Of a stretch of 64,000 nucleotides of DNA, positions 27,351 through 36,047 are shown piece after piece. Position numbers and translations under genes: made by a program. Under the pieces are notes generated by a model. It did no database searches. It worked only from the letters and a program-made list of their open reading frames with translations, and had not been told where the DNA came from. The DNA is taken from IMG/VR virus record IMGVR_UViG_3300031825_000007, positions 1,060 to 65,059 of that record; one strand, given 5' to 3'. Origin of the DNA: a virus. Positions within the stretch are counted from its first letter, which is position 1. Each line of letters starts with the position of its first letter.

Positions 27351-27854
27351 CTACCCGCCCGCGGGGACGTGCAGGTCGTCGCGGCGATTCGTGATGTAGC
27401 GCGTCGTGTACGGCGGGATGTTGGAGGTGGTTTCCGTGCCGACGACTTCGAACGCCAGCTTGGCCGGTGCCGGCCCGGTGTCGAGCAGCAGGTACACCAC
27501 GTCGTGCGTGCGCAGGTCGAACCACTCCGCGCTACCGGACTGGCCTTCTGGCTCAACCAGGAAGCGGAACTCGTCGCCCGCGCCGATGTTGGCGTCGCGG
27601 CGGTCCATCATCGGGGCCGGGCTGAAGCCATCGGCCGGCAGCGCGAATCCGTTGCCGATGAACTCGTACTCGAACTGCTCTTCGTCCATCGTGTCGAGCA
27701 CGCCCAGACCGCCCAGAGTCGGGTTGCCATCCACCGTCTCCTGCTCCGCGCGGGTGATCGTCTTGCGGAACACCTGGCAGTTGAAGGTATTGGGATGGTT
27801 CATGACCACGTTGCGAGTCATGCGGTTGATGGCGTTGGGCACATTGGTCAGCAT
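27351..27854 (-). CDS. Head closure/adaptor-like protein, 167 aa
   Basis: Clean ORF in the head operon; function inferred. Confidence 0.5.
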   Translation of the reverse strand: MLTNVPNAINRMTRNVVMNHPNTFNCQVFRKTITRAEQETVDGNPTLGGLGVLDTMDEEQFEYEFIGNGFALPADGFSPAPMMDRRDANIGAGDEFRFLVEPEGQSGSAEWFDLRTHDVVYLLLDTGPAPAKLAFEVVGTETTSNIPPYTTRYITNRRDDLHVPAGG

Positions 27855-27857
27855 CTG

Positions 27858-28925
27858 CTACCCCTTCGGCTGGTTCTGTTGGTGCTGGGCGAGGATCGCC
27901 ATGACCTGCTCGGGCGTCATGCCGAACTGGTCGCCGAGCATCTTGGCCGACGACTTCACGGCGCGGCGCGTGGCTGGCGCCGCCTTGGCCGGCGGGTTCG
28001 CCTCCATCTTCTTCGCCGCGCGCTGGAGAGCGGCGCGCTCCCGCGCGCGCTGGCGCTGGCGCATGGTGGCCTCCACGTCGCGGATGCGGTTGGCCGGCTT
28101 CCCGGCCATCTGCTCTGCATCCTTCTGCGACATCTGGACGTTCACCCGGTTGTTGTCCTGGGCCCGCGCCTTGTCGATCAAGCGCGCCAGGAAGGTCTGG
28201 ATCGCGCTCGACGACTCCACCTCGGCCATGACCCGCAGGATGTGCTTGCAGGCCACGCCATGCAGGTTCGGGTTCCTCACCTTCGGGTAGCCCGTCTCAT
28301 CCCGGCCGGCGTTGAACTTGCCGACGGTGGCGATGTATCGGAACCAGTAGCGCCAGCGCCCACAGTCGCACTCGATCTTCAGCGGCTCCTTGCGCAGCCA
28401 AGCCGCCGACTTCTTGGCGTCGCCGCGCGCGCCGGACGCCGCCGATGCGTAGGAAAGGAATTCGACGGTGACGTTGTGGTGCGTCACGTCCGAGTCCGGG
28501 CCGGCATTCGTCATGAACCGGACGCGGCCGCCATAAGCGGCCACCGGCACCGCGGTGCGAATCTGCTGGTTCGCCCGCGCGCGGTCGTCGGCCAAGGAAA
28601 GGTCGAGCACCTGGCGGGCACGGATGCCGCCTTTGAACCGGGATTGCGCCGTCCGCACGTTCTGGCGGAACTGCGCCAGGTCGTCGTGCGTGAGCGGCCG
28701 CACCTGGCCGCCCATCGTGGTGAACAGCATCCGGTGGGCATCGTAGTCGCCCTGGACATCCTTGGCGTTGAGGATGACGGACTTGGGATGCTGGCCGGCG
28801 GCCCGTCGCTCGGCGGCGTCCTGCGCGGCGCGCGCCTTGGCATCGGCAGCCGTGCCGCGGAGCTTCGGGAGCCAACTCAGCGCCCCGCCCGACGAGCCCT
28901 TGCCGCCGGTCTTCTTGGTTGCCAT
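27858..28925 (-). CDS. SWIM-like zinc-finger protein, 355 aa
   Basis: CDC...CKH (ECDCGRWRYWFRY...NPNLHGVACKH); basic termini. Confidence 0.65.
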   Translation of the reverse strand: MATKKTGGKGSSGGALSWLPKLRGTAADAKARAAQDAAERRAAGQHPKSVILNAKDVQGDYDAHRMLFTTMGGQVRPLTHDDLAQFRQNVRTAQSRFKGGIRARQVLDLSLADDRARANQQIRTAVPVAAYGGRVRFMTNAGPDSDVTHHNVTVEFLSYASAASGARGDAKKSAAWLRKEPLKIECDCGRWRYWFRYIATVGKFNAGRDETGYPKVRNPNLHGVACKHILRVMAEVESSSAIQTFLARLIDKARAQDNNRVNVQMSQKDAEQMAGKPANRIRDVEATMRQRQRARERAALQRAAKKMEANPPAKAAPATRRAVKSSAKMLGDQFGMTPEQVMAILAQHQQNQPKG

Positions 28926-28928
28926 GCT

Positions 28929-29267
28929 CTACGCCTCCGTCCAGGTGGGCGCGTAGTTCTCCCGGTTATCGGCGATGGACTCGAAATTGGTGCGGCGCTT
29001 GATGGCGAGCAGTTGCCCCTCGTTCGGCAGCGTCAGGCGCATCTGCGGCAGCGGCTGGTAGACCGTTGCGAGGCCCGCGGCAGCCATGACGGCCAGGAAC
29101 TCGTCGCGGCGACCGTAGACACGCTGCGACACCAGCGTCAGGTCAAGCATTTCGTCCGGCTTCGTCTCGTAGAAGATGGCCGAGGTGTCCCACGCCTTCG
29201 TCATTTCGGCGAACTTGCGCACCTCGCGGTAGAAGCTCTTGGCAGCGCGGGTGTCTTGGTCGAGCAT
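28929..29267 (-). CDS. LysM/tail-X-like baseplate protein, 112 aa
   Basis: YETKPDEMLDLTLVSQRVYG...VMAAAGL...MRLTLP resembles gpX; GAGGGGG SD. Confidence 0.6.
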   Translation of the reverse strand: MLDQDTRAAKSFYREVRKFAEMTKAWDTSAIFYETKPDEMLDLTLVSQRVYGRRDEFLAVMAAAGLATVYQPLPQMRLTLPNEGQLLAIKRRTNFESIADNRENYAPTWTEA

Positions 29268-29278
29268 GGCGCTCCCCC

Positions 29279-29767
29279 TCAAATGGTGACGATGCCGCCG
29301 GCCGACAGGCTGCGGAAGTAGTCGGCCAACTCGACGACGCGCTCCACAGTGTCCGAGCGCAGTGCGTGCCGGCACGTTGCCAGCGCCGCGACCTGCGCGC
29401 AGGTGATCGCGGGATTGATGCGGTAGCGCGGACCGGACGAGTCGATGCCGTCTTGCTCGATGGACTGGTCAGGATTAGCGCGCTGGGCGCGCTTCGAGAA
29501 CACCAGGCGCGGGCTCTTGCCGTCGGCAGCCACGCCAGCCTTCAGGGCGTAGTAGGCGGCGATGCAGGAGCGCAGCTCGTCCTCGGTGAATAGGCCGTCG
29601 CGCGGCAGGTCTGGCACGTTGGTCAGCACGATGCAGCCTTCACGCCGCGTGGCGCGATATTCCGCCTCGGCGCCGACCACCAGCACGCGGGCCGCGGGAT
29701 CGTAGACCGAAAACAGGCTGCACGCTTGGCCTCCGTACCCGGTGATCGTCGCCTGAATCTGGATCAT
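29279..29767 (-). CDS. Hypothetical virion/morphogenesis protein, 162 aa
   Basis: ATGA-coupled ORF in the late operon. Confidence 0.55.
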   Translation of the reverse strand: MIQIQATITGYGGQACSLFSVYDPAARVLVVGAEAEYRATRREGCIVLTNVPDLPRDGLFTEDELRSCIAAYYALKAGVAADGKSPRLVFSKRAQRANPDQSIEQDGIDSSGPRYRINPAITCAQVAALATCRHALRSDTVERVVELADYFRSLSAGGIVTI

Positions 29768-30552
29768 GCACCGCTCCCATCGCCGTCGGCCGACACCTCG
29801 CTGGTGCGGATTTCGGCGCTGCCGCCCGCATCGCCAGCCTCGGCGCTGGCGATATTGACGGTCTGCACCCGCGGGTAGCCGGCCGGGTCGTCTGTGCCCG
29901 GCGTGCCCTGGCCGTCGTTCGGCTCGCCAGCGGCCGGGGCGTCGAAGAGCGGGATCTCGGCGCGCAGTGTGAGGTCGATAGCGAGGATCGTCAGGTTCTT
30001 GGCATCGGTCTGGATCGACATGGCCGGGTTCTCAGGCGACTCGATCTGCACGGGCCAGCTCATGTCCTGGCCGGCGAAGTGATAGCTCGCGGTGAAACGC
30101 CGGTTCGGCGTGGCATCCAGAAACAGCAGGAACTGCGCCACCAGCGAGTGCGCGCTAGGCTCGTCAGTGGCGAAGACCGCCACCTGCGCCCGGATGTCGC
30201 CGGCCACGGCGCGCAGGCCGAATATGCGGTCCTTCTCATCGCCGGGGATCGTCACCATCATGCTGTCGGCTACCTGCCGCGTGTATTCACGCCCGGTCGG
30301 CGTGTAGTCCTTCGCCATCGCCACGATGATCGCGGGCAACTCGGGCGGCTTCGTGGCGGCCTGGTCGATGTCACTGCGCAGGTACAGCGACAGCATTTCC
30401 TCGGCGAGGTCGATCATGCGCGCCGGCGCCCACACGATGCTCTTCGCCGCGCCGCGCGCGACGTAGCCTTCCAGCGGCTTGGTAGTGGGCACGAGCCCCG
30501 CGTAGTAGCGGGTCATGAACTGGCCGAACGCGGCCTTGACGGGCTGGAGCAT
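29764..30552 (-). CDS. Tail terminator/completion-like protein, 262 aa
   Basis: Clean ORF; PPELPAIIVAM pattern; function inferred. Confidence 0.5.
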   Translation of the reverse strand: MLQPVKAAFGQFMTRYYAGLVPTTKPLEGYVARGAAKSIVWAPARMIDLAEEMLSLYLRSDIDQAATKPPELPAIIVAMAKDYTPTGREYTRQVADSMMVTIPGDEKDRIFGLRAVAGDIRAQVAVFATDEPSAHSLVAQFLLFLDATPNRRFTASYHFAGQDMSWPVQIESPENPAMSIQTDAKNLTILAIDLTLRAEIPLFDAPAAGEPNDGQGTPGTDDPAGYPRVQTVNIASAEAGDAGGSAEIRTSEVSADGDGSGA

Positions 30553-30561
30553 GGCGGCGGG

Positions 30562-31383
30562 CTACCGGGTGAACTTGTTGAGCAGGCGGCCATACAGCGG
30601 CGGCTCGCTGGCCTGATCGTCTGCCTTCGGCTTCACGAACCCCGGCAGCGAGCTGGCGCCGCGGAACGCCTGGGCATCGCGCTGGATGCGGTCGGCCATA
30701 TCCACCGACACCGCCATCGGCGCGATGGCGGCCGAGTCGAGCACGAGCGCGGCATCCACGCCCTTGGCTGCCAGCAGGCCCAGCAGATGCTCGTTCTCAG
30801 CGCGCAGGTGCTCGATCACATCGCTGGCGCGGTCGCGCTCGTCGTTCGCCGAATCCAGCAGGCGCAGCACGCCGCGCAACTGCTCGTCGTAGATAGCCGC
30901 CTCGATGTCGTCGAGGGTCATGCCGTTCACGTCGTCCAGGGTGTAGCCCCGGTTCGTCGAGTAGTTCGGCTCCAACACGTAGTCGAAGCCGAAGAACTCC
31001 GGGCGCATCGGGTCGATGGCCGAGCTGAAGCCGCCCACGCGACCGGCGTACAGCTTGGCGGCCACCTGGCCGGGGTCGTTGTTCACGAACTCGGCCTGAT
31101 GCTCGATGGTGCCGTCTGGGCTGGCGCGCAGCAGCGTCGTCACCAGGGCAGGCTCGACCAGCGCCGGGCGCCCGCCGTCTAGGCCACCCTCCACGGGCCT
31201 CATTCCGAATTTTAGGCGGGGCCAATGGCCGTAGTAGCCCACCATGTCGCGGTTTGCCACGCGCTCCTGGCAGGCCGGCCCGTTGATCGCATCGACGATG
31301 GCACGGATGTTGAAATTCCGCTCCTTGCCGCGATACCGGCGCCCGCGCTCCTTCAGGTTGTAGGTGATGACCTTGGTTTCCAT
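30562..31383 (-). CDS. Prohead protease/scaffold (P1 Pro-like), 273 aa
   Basis: ATG 31383 with AAGGAGG; GYYGHWPR, IEHQAEF, GGFSSAI (His/Ser protease-type motifs); acidic coiled-coil C-terminus. Confidence 0.65.
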   Translation of the reverse strand: METKVITYNLKERGRRYRGKERNFNIRAIVDAINGPACQERVANRDMVGYYGHWPRLKFGMRPVEGGLDGGRPALVEPALVTTLLRASPDGTIEHQAEFVNNDPGQVAAKLYAGRVGGFSSAIDPMRPEFFGFDYVLEPNYSTNRGYTLDDVNGMTLDDIEAAIYDEQLRGVLRLLDSANDERDRASDVIEHLRAENEHLLGLLAAKGVDAALVLDSAAIAPMAVSVDMADRIQRDAQAFRGASSLPGFVKPKADDQASEPPLYGRLLNKFTR

Positions 31384-31401
31384 AGGAACCTCCTTGCCGG
31401 G

Positions 31402-31442
31402 ATGGTAGGCAGGCGAAGGCGGGCATCTGCGCGCGATTTTCC
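31402..31442 (-). promoter_or_regulatory. Putative late promoter (protease operon)
   Basis: GGAAAAT(31442-31436)-N28-TACCAT(31407-31402). Confidence 0.68.
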
Positions 31443-31521
31443 GCATGGGCTGGCTGGCACCCTCCGATTCAGCCGCTATTGCCTTCCTGAAGCAGTACGG
31501 CCTGCCCCCTTTTGCTGCGCC

Positions 31522-33144
31522 CTAGGCGGATGCAACTTCCGCATCACTCTCTCCGACCTCGGCCAGCACGTCGGCGAACAGGTCTTCGGCCTTCTCCAGC
31601 ACCGAGCTGGTCAAGGACGACGACGCGGAGCCGGCGCTGTCGGACACCATGTACGTGGCGCCCTCCAAGAAAGCGAAGCTCATGGCGTCGATCAAGTCGG
31701 GGGACTTGATGCCGGCCTTGCGCATGTCCTCCTTGGACTGCATGACATAGCGCAAGCCGCCGGCCTCGCTGAAGTAGTACGGGAGCCGCGAGCCCTGGTC
31801 GATGATCTTCTCGCGCAGCCGCTTGCTGATTCCCTGCGGCAGCACCACGCGGCCCTGCCGGATCGCGTCACGGAAGCGCACCATCGCGCAAGCCCGCAGG
31901 TTGTAGAACCGGGTCTTGTACTCGTTCTTGAAGCACGGCGCGCCCCAGTTCACGCGCGTCACCGTGGCGCCCGACCGCTCGATCAGCTTGCACACCGTCG
32001 CACCGACGCCGCCGGCGTCCACATACAGGGTAGCGTTCGACAGCTTGCCCAACAGGTTCACCAGGTCGCCGGCCAGGTCGATCTCGTTCTTGTCGTTGGC
32101 CGCGATGGGGATTTCGATGAACTCGACGCGGCGCGCGTCTGGCCCATTGTCGGCATCCCCGATTATCTTGGCGACGATGGCGACAGAATCGTCGCGGTAC
32201 TCGCCCAGGGCCACGTCGGACAGCACGACCAGGCCGAACGGCTCGTCGTCGCCGATGATCTTCCGCGGCTCGAAGGCTGCTTCCATGTCGGCGCGCGTCA
32301 GCAGGACGTTGCTGCTGCTCTGGGCGAACAGGCCCAGCACGCGGATCTGGTATTCGACCGAGCTTCGGCCGCCGCTCTCGTTCGCGCGGTCGCGCAGCCA
32401 CTTCGTCGTGACGAACGGGGAGTGCTCCGAATTGAACCGCAGCGCCCGCCAGCTCCCGCCGTTCTCCAGCTTCAGGGTATGGTGCGAGTCGTAGAAGCGG
32501 CCGGCGTTGCGCGCGCCCTGGGACGCCATCAGCGTCCGGTTGCCCGGCTGGGTCTGGGTGCCGTCGATCACGTCGAAGTGCTCGTCAGGCACGCCGGCAG
32601 CTTCGTCGATGATGATGAGCTGCCAGTAGCGGTGCTTGCCCGCCACGCCGATGGCCTCGCCCTTCTTCATGGCGATCTGGGCGATGAACCATTGATCGGC
32701 GTAGCCGTGGACGTGAACGCGCGTCTTGGTGATCGAGAAGAAATCCAGTATCCAGGCGTGCGGGCTATTGCCGATGGCGATCCGCGCGTCCTGCATTTCC
32801 TTCCAGATACCGTCCGCCACCTGCTGGATGAACGGCGCGCCGATGTAGGTGTTGCTGCCTATCTCGACCTTGCCTTCGTAGAAGGCCACCGGAAAGCAAA
32901 GCAGGTGCCACAGCGCGATGCGCGCGAAGGTGGCGGTCTTGCCCGTGCCCGTGCCGGACACCACGGACACCTTGGCGTTCGGGTCGGTGATCCCAAGGAA
33001 CAGGGCCTCCTGGTCGGCGCTTGGCACAAAGCCTGTCACCTCGACCGCGAAGCGCAGCGGGTCGGCATGATACCGCTCCACGAATTCGGCGTAGCGCGGG
33101 TCTTCAAGAATGTTCCGGTTCCGTTTGCGGGCGGATTTTGCCAT
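31522..33144 (-). CDS. terL: Terminase large subunit (P1 PacB-like), 540 aa
   Basis: Walker A SGTGTGKT, Walker B IIIDEAAG, RNase H-like SDVALG...DDS, DLIDAMSF. Confidence 0.92.
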   Translation of the reverse strand: MAKSARKRNRNILEDPRYAEFVERYHADPLRFAVEVTGFVPSADQEALFLGITDPNAKVSVVSGTGTGKTATFARIALWHLLCFPVAFYEGKVEIGSNTYIGAPFIQQVADGIWKEMQDARIAIGNSPHAWILDFFSITKTRVHVHGYADQWFIAQIAMKKGEAIGVAGKHRYWQLIIIDEAAGVPDEHFDVIDGTQTQPGNRTLMASQGARNAGRFYDSHHTLKLENGGSWRALRFNSEHSPFVTTKWLRDRANESGGRSSVEYQIRVLGLFAQSSSNVLLTRADMEAAFEPRKIIGDDEPFGLVVLSDVALGEYRDDSVAIVAKIIGDADNGPDARRVEFIEIPIAANDKNEIDLAGDLVNLLGKLSNATLYVDAGGVGATVCKLIERSGATVTRVNWGAPCFKNEYKTRFYNLRACAMVRFRDAIRQGRVVLPQGISKRLREKIIDQGSRLPYYFSEAGGLRYVMQSKEDMRKAGIKSPDLIDAMSFAFLEGATYMVSDSAGSASSSLTSSVLEKAEDLFADVLAEVGESDAEVASA

Positions 33145-33155
33145 GTCTTGCCCGT

Positions 33156-34430
33156 CTAACCTTCTTCTTGCTCGTCGTCGCCAGCACCGAGCGCGGGCAC
33201 AGCATCGGTATCGGCGTCGTCAGCATCGACGGTCAGGCCGCGCTCGGCCAGCACGGCGGCCTGCCGCGCGCGGGCCTGCTGCATCTTCTCGTCGTAGACG
33301 CGGTACAGGTCGTCGCTGGACACCAAGTTGATGTTGACCTCGGCTTCCTTGTCCTTGAACAGGCCCAGGGCACGGCCAAAGTTGTCCATCGCCTTTTCCT
33401 TGGAGAGGGTCAAGACCTCGATGCCCTCCTTGCCGACCTTGACGCCGCAATACACCAGCCGGGCGGCCGGCGACAGGTTCCGGGTATCGTTGAAAAACAC
33501 CTCTTCGAGCCCCTGCCCGTGGCACTCCGGGCAGTCCTCGGCCGGCGGCCGGCGCTTGTCGTACCAGGCGCCCACATACTCGGGGAACACGCCGATGTCG
33601 TCGTTTGCGTCGCGCCGCCGCCGGCGCTCCCGTTCCCGCTCGTGCCCCTTCCTGGCTTCCTCCAGCCCGGACGGGGTGTATTGCCGCGCGTGCCCCTCGC
33701 CCCAGCAGAACGGGCAGCACACCCGCCGAAGCTGGGAAATCTCGTTCGCGTCCAGGTTGACGACGGCCGCCCACATCCGCATCAGCTCTTCGGCGTCGAT
33801 CCCCAGCCGGCGAGCACGGGCAGAGGCCAGCAGCTCAATGGCCTCGCGGACTTTGGGATTCTTCAGCAGCTCCCACGCGAGAATATGGGCGCTCTTGGCG
33901 CTGTAGCCCGCCCTGATAGCCGCCTGCGTCCCGTTCCAATCCGTCATGTACTCGCGGACGAAAACCTCTTGCATATCAGTCAGTTGAGCGAACACGCCGA
34001 ACTGGTCGGGGTCGCGCTCGACTGCCTCGGCGGTAGTCAGGGGCATGGTTTCTCGCCCCCTCATGGTTTCGCTCATGGTTTCCGAAACCTTGGCGTGATG
34101 GTTTTCGAAAACCTTGGAAACCTTGCTGGAAACCTTCCCCGTGTCCTTGCCTCTCTCCTTACGGGCGCTGGCCCGATCCTGGGCAGCGTCGTCGGCCTTC
34201 GGCGCGGTGGCGCCTCGCGCCTTCTCCTTCTTCTTGGCCGGCACCGGCGCCGTGCCGGCGGCATCGCCCTTGGCCCACCCATCGCGCAGCGCCATCTTGC
34301 GCACGGCAGGCGCTGACACCGGCAGAGTCAGTTCTTCGACCAGCCAAGCGTATCCATCCCTCGGGTCGCGCTCCCAGTGCGCCCTGACATCTGCCCATTG
34401 GTCGGGCGACAATTTCGGTTTAGCGGCCAT
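33156..34430 (-). CDS. terS: Terminase small subunit (P1 PacA-like, with Zn finger), 424 aa
   Basis: FVREYMTDWNGTQAAIRAGYS motif; CPFCWG and CPECHG; directly upstream of terL. Confidence 0.9.
   Translation of the reverse strand: MAAKPKLSPDQWADVRAHWERDPRDGYAWLVEELTLPVSAPAVRKMALRDGWAKGDAAGTAPVPAKKKEKARGATAPKADDAAQDRASARKERGKDTGKVSSKVSKVFENHHAKVSETMSETMRGRETMPLTTAEAVERDPDQFGVFAQLTDMQEVFVREYMTDWNGTQAAIRAGYSAKSAHILAWELLKNPKVREAIELLASARARRLGIDAEELMRMWAAVVNLDANEISQLRRVCCPFCWGEGHARQYTPSGLEEARKGHERERERRRRRDANDDIGVFPEYVGAWYDKRRPPAEDCPECHGQGLEEVFFNDTRNLSPAARLVYCGVKVGKEGIEVLTLSKEKAMDNFGRALGLFKDKEAEVNINLVSSDDLYRVYDEKMQQARARQAAVLAERGLTVDADDADTDAVPALGAGDDEQEEG
34044..34136. repeat. Bidirectional GAAACCWTG-like repeat cluster inside terS (candidate pac site)
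   Basis: CATGGTTTC at 34044, 34062, 34074; GATGGTTTTC at 34097; GAAA(A)CCTT at 34084, 34107, 34117, 34129. Confidence 0.7.
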
Positions 34431-34440
34431 GCCCCTTTTC

Positions 34441-35058
34441 TCACAGCATCAGGCTCAGTTGGTGGGAGTCGGCCGCGGCCAGGGCGCACTCCACCCGGAA
34501 CCTGTCCATCTTGGACTTGGCGTGCTTGGTGGTATCGCTGGCCCGCTCCACGGCGCCGACCAGACGGCTGCCCGCCCGCATTTCCTCGAAGCCGGGGTTC
34601 AACTCGGCGAAGCGCGTCAGCGCGGCGCCAACGTCCACGTTGGCCGCCAGCATCGCGGCGATGCCTTCCTCCATCGCCGTCACCTTGTCATGCAATCGTC
34701 GCAGGGTTTCCATGTCACGAAGACGGGACTTTTCCATTGCGTCGAACAGCCAAGCGGAAACCGACCGCTCCTGGGTCATGCGCGCGCCGGCTTCCCAGTC
34801 GTCGCTGGCCCCAAACAGGTAGTCAATACTGACCTCATAGACCTTGGCGGCCCGGACGATCAGCCACAGGGGCACGCTGTTGGTGTCGGTGGCGCCCTCG
34901 ACCTTCGAGAGCTTGGACGGGTTGCTGTAGCCAAGCCGGCGGGCCGCAGCGCTTTGGGAGAGGTTGCACAGCTCGCGCGCCTGCCGCATCCGGGCTCCGA
35001 TGGTCTTGACGGCGGCCGCCTGCTCCTGGCGCGTGGACGATAGCTTCTTCTCGGTCAT
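34441..35058 (-). CDS. XRE-family HTH regulator with C-terminal extension, 205 aa
   Basis: IGARMRQARELCNLSQSAAARRLG...LSKVE...VSIDYLFG. Confidence 0.85.
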   Translation of the reverse strand: MTEKKLSSTRQEQAAAVKTIGARMRQARELCNLSQSAAARRLGYSNPSKLSKVEGATDTNSVPLWLIVRAAKVYEVSIDYLFGASDDWEAGARMTQERSVSAWLFDAMEKSRLRDMETLRRLHDKVTAMEEGIAAMLAANVDVGAALTRFAELNPGFEEMRAGSRLVGAVERASDTTKHAKSKMDRFRVECALAAADSHQLSLML

Positions 35059-35062
35059 GGCG

Positions 35063-35536
35063 TCATACCCCCTTTACACTCCATCCGCCGCCTTCCTTCT
35101 TGGACTGCTTCTGGCACAGGAAAAACCGGAACGGGAACATCGAGGCGGCGACCTTGACCTTCAGCCAGCCGTCCTCGCGGATGAACCCACCCTTGGTTTC
35201 GTGAATCTCGAACGTCCCATCGGCCAACATCACGGCGAAATCCGGGGTGTACCGGGTGCCGTCAGCCAGCTTCAGCGTGATCGCCTCGTACTTCCACCAG
35301 ACGACCTCGCCGCGCAGCCGGCGCGCCTCCAGCATCCCGGCATACTCGGCCTCGGTGTTGTTCATGCCGGGCTCGCGCAGCGTGCCCACAGCTACCGGCA
35401 AAGGGGATTCCGGTGCTTGGGCGGGCGCGGGTGCCCTCAGGGCCGGCGCCACCGCGGCGGCCGCGGCAGTAGCCGCCGGCGCGCGCCGCAGATGAGCAGC
35501 CAGTTGATCCTCGCTCCAGCGCAGGGCGTTCGCCAC
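35063..35536 (-). CDS. DUF1064-like PD-(D/E)xK endonuclease, 157 aa
   Basis: YTPDF...IHETKG; GTG 35536 with GGAGG SD. Confidence 0.75.
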   Translation of the reverse strand: MANALRWSEDQLAAHLRRAPAATAAAAAVAPALRAPAPAQAPESPLPVAVGTLREPGMNNTEAEYAGMLEARRLRGEVVWWKYEAITLKLADGTRYTPDFAVMLADGTFEIHETKGGFIREDGWLKVKVAASMFPFRFFLCQKQSKKEGGGWSVKGV

Positions 35537-35538
35537 GG

Positions 35539-35763
35539 TCAGTCCTCCCTGCCCTGCCTGTCGAGCCAGGCCCGACGGGCAGCCACCACGTCGGCGGCGC
35601 CGGCGGAAAACTTGGCGCACTGCCGCGGACGGACCGACGACATGAACTGGGAGGTGGATCTGCGCGCCGCACATAGGCCAAAGCCCATCTGCCCCATCGG
35701 GCCCGCATCCTTCAGGCGCAGGTGAGCGCAGTCCATGCAGACGACGGGAGCGGCTACCGGCAT
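35539..35763 (-). CDS. Small Cys-containing hypothetical protein, 74 aa
   Basis: CMDC...C...C; lies in the coupled operon. Confidence 0.55.
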   Translation of the reverse strand: MPVAAPVVCMDCAHLRLKDAGPMGQMGFGLCAARRSTSQFMSSVRPRQCAKFSAGAADVVAARRAWLDRQGRED

Positions 35764-36047
35764 CGTGCCCCCAGTCGCTCGATGGTCAAGGCGAGCAGGT
35801 CAAGTTCGGACAGGCCATAGGTGCGCTCGAACGCCTTGGTGCCCAAGCCATGCAGGCCGGTCTTGCCCTGGTGGTGCTCGGGGCACAGCGGCACCGTCAG
35901 GAAGTCGCTGGCGCGCTGGGCGCCACCCTGGTCTTCACGGACGTGATGCACTTGCGCGGGCGTTTTACCCAGGCAAAGGTGGTCGCAGAGGATGCAGCCT
36001 AGTGCTGCGACGCGGCCCATGTGGCGCTCGCCGGCGGCGGTGCTCAT
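35754..36047 (-). CDS. Ref-family (recombination enhancement) HNH-like nuclease, 97 aa
   Basis: VAALGCILC...QVHH...VPLCPEHH...H. Confidence 0.75.
   Translation of the reverse strand: MSTAAGERHMGRVAALGCILCDHLCLGKTPAQVHHVREDQGGAQRASDFLTVPLCPEHHQGKTGLHGLGTKAFERTYGLSELDLLALTIERLGARCR

Noticed and set aside
4808-34735. Other GGAAAA hits on the minus strand (4808, 18318, 20675, 22185, 33393, 34729)
   Set aside because: No TANNNT at 28 nt; only 34729 gives a weak GACGAT and it has a GGAAAAG variant inside a gene.
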